This document shows positions 27,064-32,000 of a DNA stretch of 32,000 nucleotides, one piece after another (the stretch's first letter is position 1; each line of letters opens with the position of its first letter). The notes below the pieces were generated by a model. It saw nothing but the letters and a program-made list of their open reading frames with translations. It was not told the DNA's origin and searched no databases. A program made the translations under genes and the position numbers. The stretch comes from an uncultured Actinomycetota bacterium (GTDB lineage Bacteria; Actinomycetota; Actinomycetes; Mycobacteriales; Mycobacteriaceae): positions 146,888-178,887 of the forward strand of contig CAWIXL010000027.1 in the NCBI GenBank assembly GCA_963840045.1, given 5' to 3'.

Positions 27064-28037
27064 GTCTGCTCACCGCATTGCGGCTGAACATGACCAACAT
27101 TGCCGATCCGGCAGCACACCATGGTGACCGTTATCGCGCCGCGCTCGAGATGGCCGAGTATGCCGATGCCCAAGGATTCACCGCGATCAGCGGTGAGGAA
27201 CATCATTTGGCGGCAACGGGTTGGCTGCCGTCACCGCTGATTCTGGCCGCAGCGCTCGCCGGGCGGACGCACAAGGCGCGAATCAGCATCAACGCCCTGA
27301 TCGTCCCGCTCTACGATCCGATTCGGCTCGCCGAGGATATCGCTGTGCTGGACAACCTCGCCCAAGGCCGCTTCAGCTTTGTGGCCGGAATGGGCTACCG
27401 CCCTGAGGAATACCACGCCGCAGGCAAGAACTGGTCACAGCGCGGCGCCCTGATGGACCACTGCCTCTCGGTGCTGCTCAAGGCATGGGGCGATCAACCC
27501 TTCGACTACGAGGGCGCGCTCCTCAACGTCACGCCGAAACCGCACACCCGTCCGCATCCGATTGTTTTCGTCGGCGGTATGACCGCTGCGGCGGCGCGGC
27601 GGGCGGCGCGTTTCGGGCTGCCCTTTTCGCCGCCGATGGCCATGCCCGACGTGGAAGCGGTGTATCAGGAAGAGTTGCGCAAACACGGAAAGACGGGTTT
27701 CGTCTATCACCCCGAGAACGGGAGCACCGTCACCTTGCTGCACGCCGACCCCGACGAGGCCTGGGCACGTTACGGGGTTTTCATCCTCAACGAGGCCAAC
27801 GAATACAGCGGCTGGAAGCGGTGCGGGGTACCGCGGCCCAATGAAACCGCCGCCGCCTCGATCGAGGAGCTGCGGCGCCTCAACAACATGGAAATACTCA
27901 CGCCGGCGCAGTTGATCGACCAGATTCGTTGTGGCAGAAAAGAAGTCGTCATAAATCCGCTTGTCGGCGGACTTCCGATCGATGAGGGCTGGTCAAGTTT
28001 GCATCTTCTGACCGACGAGGTCCTGCCGCACGTGTGA
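27060..28037 (+). CDS. LLM-class (luciferase-like) flavin-dependent oxidoreductase
   Basis: 325 aa: MSLLTALRLNM...YRAALEMAEYADAQGFTAISGEEHH...LAEDIAVLDNLAQGRFSFVAGMGYRPEEY.... ATG 27060 overlaps the TetR-2 stop (ATGA). Confidence 0.85.
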   Translation: MSLLTALRLNMTNIADPAAHHGDRYRAALEMAEYADAQGFTAISGEEHHLAATGWLPSPLILAAALAGRTHKARISINALIVPLYDPIRLAEDIAVLDNLAQGRFSFVAGMGYRPEEYHAAGKNWSQRGALMDHCLSVLLKAWGDQPFDYEGALLNVTPKPHTRPHPIVFVGGMTAAAARRAARFGLPFSPPMAMPDVEAVYQEELRKHGKTGFVYHPENGSTVTLLHADPDEAWARYGVFILNEANEYSGWKRCGVPRPNETAAASIEELRRLNNMEILTPAQLIDQIRCGRKEVVINPLVGGLPIDEGWSSLHLLTDEVLPHV

Positions 28038-28500
28038 AGCGCCCGGCAGTCAACGAGTCGCCCAGCGTCCACAGCGCCACCCCGATCAGCACGAGATCCT
28101 TGAGCAGGAATTGGCCCGGCAGTGCCGACAGCACAGGTAGGCCGGCGGCGTGGGTCGCGACCACCCCCGGGGTAGTGAACAGGAAACTCAGCGTCCCCAC
28201 GAAAAGCACCACCGCCAGCGCGCTGCCAACCGCCGATGCGCGAGGCCATACCGGCCGCAGGGCAATCAAAAGCGCGGCAACGATTTCCATCGTCCCCAGG
28301 CCGCGCGCGACCGTCGTGACACTGAGTAGGTGGTAGATCCAGCTCATCAGCGGGCTGTGTTCAATCAGTACGCGGGATTCCATCTTCACGTACTTGCCAA
28401 ACCCGATCCAGGCCAGGACGATTACCAATCCGTAGCGGCTGACGAGCTGTCCCGATCGGGTCAGCAACTGCGCCAAGCGGTTTAGCCCCTTATCGATCAT
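27949..28500 (-). CDS. DUF417 (YkgB/RclC-like) membrane protein
   Basis: From ATG 28500: MIDKGLNRLAQLLTRSGQLVSRYGLVIVLAWIGFGKYVKMESRVLIEHSPLMSWIY...LPGQFLLKDLVLIGVALWTLGDS, resembling E. coli YkgB/RclC as I recall it. The 3' tail overlaps the convergent LLM gene by 89 nt. Confidence 0.7.
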   Translation of the reverse strand: MIDKGLNRLAQLLTRSGQLVSRYGLVIVLAWIGFGKYVKMESRVLIEHSPLMSWIYHLLSVTTVARGLGTMEIVAALLIALRPVWPRASAVGSALAVVLFVGTLSFLFTTPGVVATHAAGLPVLSALPGQFLLKDLVLIGVALWTLGDSLTAGRFTRAAGPRRSEDANLTSPHRSEVRRQADL

Positions 28501-28616
28501 CGAGCGTAAATCCCCTTCCCCGGCCGGCCGTAAGTTGCCGGCACCTATCGGTAGACGAACGTTGGCCGCCCCTGGTTCAAGATCGATAAACTCAAGGGAC
28601 GAAGGGGATAAATCAA

Positions 28617-29063
28617 ATGAGCACGCCAACACTGCGAGCCGTAATATTCGCGGCCGCCACCAGCACCTCGGCGCTGGTGTGGATACCAGTCGCCGCCGCT
28701 GATACCGATCTGAGCGGCGTCTACAAGTACACCTCCACCACTACAGGTGCTCAGTCGGACGCCTTCAGCCGTGCCTGGACGATAACGTCCTGCGGCACGG
28801 GGTGCGCCCACGTCGTCGCATCCCCGTCAGCTGACGGCGACACCGGCTATACGGGAGACATGCACCTGACAAACGGCCACTGGGAGATGACGGTGCAACG
28901 GCAGGGCGTATCGATTTGCAACGACGGCCGGAAGCTTCCCGGGACGTACACCTATTCCCTGGACCCAGCGACTTTGCGGGGAACCGCCGTCGGCAAAGGT
29001 GCCGATGACTGCACCGGCAAGCCCTACTCCGACCAGGCCGGCTTTATTTTGGTTCGGACTTAG
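28617..29063 (+). CDS. Small secreted hypothetical protein (signal peptide, 4 Cys)
   Basis: ATG follows AAGGGGA. The signal-like N-terminus is MSTPTLRAVIFAAATSTSALVWIPVAAAD, and the mature part has Cys pairs (SCGTGC ... C ... C). I recognise no family. Confidence 0.6.
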   Translation: MSTPTLRAVIFAAATSTSALVWIPVAAADTDLSGVYKYTSTTTGAQSDAFSRAWTITSCGTGCAHVVASPSADGDTGYTGDMHLTNGHWEMTVQRQGVSICNDGRKLPGTYTYSLDPATLRGTAVGKGADDCTGKPYSDQAGFILVRT

Positions 29064-29142
29064 CAGGCTCAGGATCAGGCTGCGCCGCCGAAACTTCTGC
29101 TGGCCGGCCGTGTATGACGTTGCCACCTAGCATGAGCGCCGG

Positions 29143-29173
29143 ATTTCGGAACAATGAGAGCTCTTTCCGAAAT
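29143..29173. terminator. Hairpin followed by a T-run, downstream of the secreted-protein gene and upstream of the kinase
   Basis: ATTTCGGAA (29143-29151) and TTCCGAAAT (29165-29173) form 9-bp arms around a 13-nt loop, followed by TTTG. The stem is AT-rich, so it could equally be a protein-binding inverted repeat. Confidence 0.3.
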
Positions 29174-29269
29174 TTTGCGGTCACAAGGATTTTCCCTGAC
29201 GGATTTTCCCCACCAAACGTCGTGGGTGGAATATGGTGTTTGCTGATTGCGGCCCTCGGGAGGTTTTCA

Positions 29270-30121
29270 GTGGAGGGGACCCCGTTCGGCCAATACCGGC
29301 TAATTTCCTTGCTCGGTCGCGGCGGAATGGGCGAGGTCTGGCGGGCCTACGACACCGTTACCGATCGGGTCGTTGCGTTGAAGGTGCTCCCGGCGAATTT
29401 TGCTGCGGACCAGACGTTTCAGCAGCGGTTCCGTCGCGAGGCTCACGCCGCTGCGCAGTTGAACGACCCTCATGTGGTGCCAATTCACACCTACGGAGAG
29501 ATCGACGGGCGGCTGTTCGTCGACATGCGGCTGATCGAGGGGCGCGACCTGCAAACCGTGCTGGCGGGGAACCCACTGGACCCATCGCGCGCCGTGCACA
29601 TCATCGAACAGGTGGCTCACGCCGTGCATGCCGCGCACAAGGTCGGGTTGGTGCATCGGGATATCAAGCCGTCCAATATCTTGCTCGATGAAAACGACTT
29701 TGCGTATCTGATCGATTTCGGGATTGCGCGTGTGGTGGGCGAGACCGGCCTGACGGGGACCGGCGCGGTGATCGGCACGCTGAGCTACATGGCGCCCGAA
29801 CGCTTCACTAGCGGTGCGGCTGATGCCCGCTCGGACATCTATGCGCTGGCCTGCGTGCTCTACGAGTGCTTGACGGGGGGTGCGCCGTTTCCGGGTCAGG
29901 GCATGGAGCAACAACTGGCTGGGCATCTGTCGGCGCCGCCGCCACGACCGTCCGACTCCGGCGCGCCGTCCACGTTCGACCCCGTTATCGCCACCGGCAT
30001 GGCCAAGAACCCCGGGCAGCGGTACGCCACCAGTGTGGGTTTGGCGCGCGCCGCGCGCGACGCGATCACGGTGCCCATGCGCAGGCCCGACACGAACGTG
30101 CAGACAGCGCACCTCCGCTAG
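29270..30121 (+). CDS. Hanks-type Ser/Thr protein kinase, catalytic domain only (probable 5' part of a split PknD-like gene)
   Basis: GTG 29270 lies 7 nt after GGGAGG. Motifs: LLGRGGMGEVWRA, VALKVL, HRDIKPSNILL, DFGIA, SYMAPE. The ORF ends at TAG 30119-30121, about 20 aa after the kinase domain, with no TM or sensor region in that frame. Confidence 0.85.
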   Translation: MEGTPFGQYRLISLLGRGGMGEVWRAYDTVTDRVVALKVLPANFAADQTFQQRFRREAHAAAQLNDPHVVPIHTYGEIDGRLFVDMRLIEGRDLQTVLAGNPLDPSRAVHIIEQVAHAVHAAHKVGLVHRDIKPSNILLDENDFAYLIDFGIARVVGETGLTGTGAVIGTLSYMAPERFTSGAADARSDIYALACVLYECLTGGAPFPGQGMEQQLAGHLSAPPPRPSDSGAPSTFDPVIATGMAKNPGQRYATSVGLARAARDAITVPMRRPDTNVQTAHLR

Positions 30122-30123
30122 CC

Positions 30124-31293
30124 GTGACCACACTCAAATGGCCGCATGGCCGCGTGACCCCACGATCGCGGCGCAGGAACCATTGCGCGGCGGCCCGCCG
30201 CGCGACACCGAGAGTCACCCCAAACGGGTCAGACGGATCTTGGGTCGTGGCCGCGATGGTGACGGTAGTCGCGGCGATAGTGGGCGCGAGCGTGTACCTT
30301 CTGCACACCGACACCTCGACGAGAGGCTCTGCTCCGGCGGCCACGCCACAACCGCCACCCAGTGCCGGGGTGACACCAAGTGCCGGGGTGACGACGACAG
30401 CACCGGCTGGCCCTCCCAGGGTCTCCGCGTCGATCCGGGTGGGCAATGGCGCCTTCGGTATCGCGGTCGATCCCTCCGGACACACCGCCTACGTCGCCAA
30501 CATGGGTTCAAACTCGGTCTCGGTCGTCGACACCACCAGCCGCACCGTCGCGGCCACCATCGGGGTCGGGAACCATCCGGTGGGCGTTGCCGTGGATCCG
30601 TCCACCAAGACCGCCTACGTCAGCAATTACGATGGCGCCGCCGTGTCGGTGATCGACACCGCTGCCGGTACCGTCATCGCGTCCGTACCCGTCGGTAGTC
30701 ATCCGGGCGGGATAGCGGTGGACCCGGATGCCCATGTCGCCTATGTCGCTATCGGTAGTAACGCGTCGGTTGCGGTCATCGACACGATGACGCATGCCGT
30801 CACGGCGACGGTGCCGACCGGAAAGGGTCCGAGCCGCTTGGCCATCGATGCGACCGCTCACCGCTTGTTTGTCGTCACCGCCGATCCGTCGGTGACGGTC
30901 ATCGATACCACCAACCGAACCGTCATTGGTTCCGTCGCGCTTCGCGGCCACCCGGCCGGTGCGGCGATTGACCCCGCATCACATACCGCCTACATCACCA
31001 GCGGCGACGACGCATCGATGTCGCTCGTCGACACCATGAGCCTCAACGTCACCGGTAGTGTCCCCGTAGGACAACGCCCCGGGGGCGTGGCGGTGGACGC
31101 GCCGACGAATACCGCATACGTGGCCAACTACAACGGCGCGTCGGTGTCGGTCATCGACACCAGCAGACGCGTCGTCATCGGAGTCGTTGCCGTCGGGAAC
31201 AATCCACTCTCCGTCGCCGTCGACCCAAGCACGCACATCGCCTACGTGAGTAGTGACCTTAACCACGGTTCGGTGTCACTGATCGAGCGCTGA
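30124..31293 (+). CDS. TM helix plus seven YVTN-type beta-propeller repeats (probable 3' part of the split kinase gene)
   Basis: The frame-1 ORF has the TM helix WVVAAMVTVVAAIVGASVYLL (30241-30303) and a Pro/Thr linker. Seven ~42-aa repeats (30433-31290) follow the pattern V.VG..P.GVAVDP...(T)AYVAN...ASVSVIDT....V. The GTG 30124 start is only nominal. Confidence 0.75.
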   Translation: MTTLKWPHGRVTPRSRRRNHCAAARRATPRVTPNGSDGSWVVAAMVTVVAAIVGASVYLLHTDTSTRGSAPAATPQPPPSAGVTPSAGVTTTAPAGPPRVSASIRVGNGAFGIAVDPSGHTAYVANMGSNSVSVVDTTSRTVAATIGVGNHPVGVAVDPSTKTAYVSNYDGAAVSVIDTAAGTVIASVPVGSHPGGIAVDPDAHVAYVAIGSNASVAVIDTMTHAVTATVPTGKGPSRLAIDATAHRLFVVTADPSVTVIDTTNRTVIGSVALRGHPAGAAIDPASHTAYITSGDDASMSLVDTMSLNVTGSVPVGQRPGGVAVDAPTNTAYVANYNGASVSVIDTSRRVVIGVVAVGNNPLSVAVDPSTHIAYVSSDLNHGSVSLIER

Positions 31294-31322
31294 GAGCGAA
31301 ACGCTGTACGCGACAAAGGCAA

Positions 31323-32000
31323 TCAACGCCGCTCCAGCCCGGCAATGATGAGTTGCAGTCCGAAAGCGAACTCCTCTTCCAGTGGAACAGGCAGGTCGTC
31401 GGCCATCGCCACCGTAGCGGGATAACGCGTCGCGTCGAGTTGATGAAACCTGGCTGATAGCTGGGCATCTTCCGCACCGGCATCCGCCGTCGACCCGGAG
31501 AGCTGGATCGCGAAACCCAGCACATAACGGGCCAGAGTGGCGTATGCGTGCGCTGCGACGACCGGCGGAAAGCCGTTCTCGAGTAGGACGGACAGCACAA
31601 GCTCACGCTGCGCCAGCGCGTTAGGCCCCATCGGAACGTGCCCGATCAACAGCGGAGCGACGTTGCCGTGCCGGCCCAGCGCGTCAAACATACTGTGCGC
31701 GAACGACGTACAGGCCTGCTGCCAGGGCAGCGCGGCAACCGCCCGCACATCGACGTCAACCTCACCGAGCATGCGGTCGACCATCACCGCCACCAGTTCT
31801 GATCGGCTGGCGAAGTGCCGGTACAGCGTGGCGGTGCCCGATTCCAGCCGCTGCGCCAGCGCTCGCATCGACAGCGCGTCGGCCCCTTCTTCGTCGACGA
31901 GTTCGAGCGCCGCGACCAGGATCCGATCCAGCGGAAGGGCCGGACGCCCGCGCGGGCGGCTGGACGACGGTTGGTTGACATCTGCAGTATTTATGATCAC
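31323..32000 (-). CDS. TetR-family transcriptional regulator (start at or beyond the window edge)
   Basis: HTH: ...ILVAALELVDEEGADALSMRALAQRLESGTATLYRHFASRSELV, with a helical C-terminal ligand domain. The ORF is open to nt 32000, where a GTG sits exactly at the edge. Confidence 0.85.
   Translation of the reverse strand: MIINTADVNQPSSSRPRGRPALPLDRILVAALELVDEEGADALSMRALAQRLESGTATLYRHFASRSELVAVMVDRMLGEVDVDVRAVAALPWQQACTSFAHSMFDALGRHGNVAPLLIGHVPMGPNALAQRELVLSVLLENGFPPVVAAHAYATLARYVLGFAIQLSGSTADAGAEDAQLSARFHQLDATRYPATVAMADDLPVPLEEEFAFGLQLIIAGLERR

Noticed and set aside
29114-29269. N-terminal extension of the kinase ORF (MTLPPSMSAGFRNNESSF...)
   Set aside because: It covers the repeat-rich leader. 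The kinase glycine loop lies about 15 aa after GTG 29270, which has a well-spaced GGGAGG.

Overview
High-GC actinobacterial chromosome segment that looks like a slow-growing Mycobacterium: it has a PE-PGRS gene, a MIRU-like intergenic tandem repeat, a class III cyclase-STAND protein and a PknD-like kinase. All family calls are made by eye from the translations; no database search was possible. I recognise about 30 protein genes and no rRNA, tRNA, CRISPR array or IS element. Left to right: CGNR zinc-finger protein (partial), HxlR regulator, PaaI thioesterase, DUF2127-like membrane protein, PrpD/MmgE protein, IclR regulator (interrupted). These are divergent from an MDR dehydrogenase, a SnoaL-like protein and an SDR. 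Next come a CaCA-type cation exchanger, a 3.2-kb zinc-ribbon/adenylate-cyclase/P-loop/TPR gene (multiply frameshifted), a second SDR, a sulfate-binding protein plus SulP-STAS transporter pair, DUF2252, and a PE-PGRS protein with a large non-PGRS C-terminal domain. After that: a Zn alcohol dehydrogenase, two membrane-anchored hypotheticals, two translationally coupled Baeyer-Villiger monooxygenases (one frameshifted), two head-to-head paralogous TetR genes (one frameshifted), a luciferase-like monooxygenase, DUF417, a small secreted protein, a Ser/Thr kinase domain ORF followed by a TM plus 7-blade YVTN beta-propeller ORF, and a final TetR. Main observations: (1) an unusually high density of interrupted reading frames, mostly equivalent to single extra nucleotides, including five within 400 bp; (2) a membrane-tethered sulfate-binding protein apparently co-transcribed with a SulP secondary transporter and no ABC permease or ATPase genes beside it; (3) a conserved ~25-28 nt promoter/operator module shared by the ADH/PE-PGRS divergent region and the BVMO operon; (4) a split PknD-like sensor kinase; (5) a MIRU-like 54-bp tandem repeat carrying in-phase mini-ORFs. 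I found no clear-cut new multi-gene system such as a defence island.
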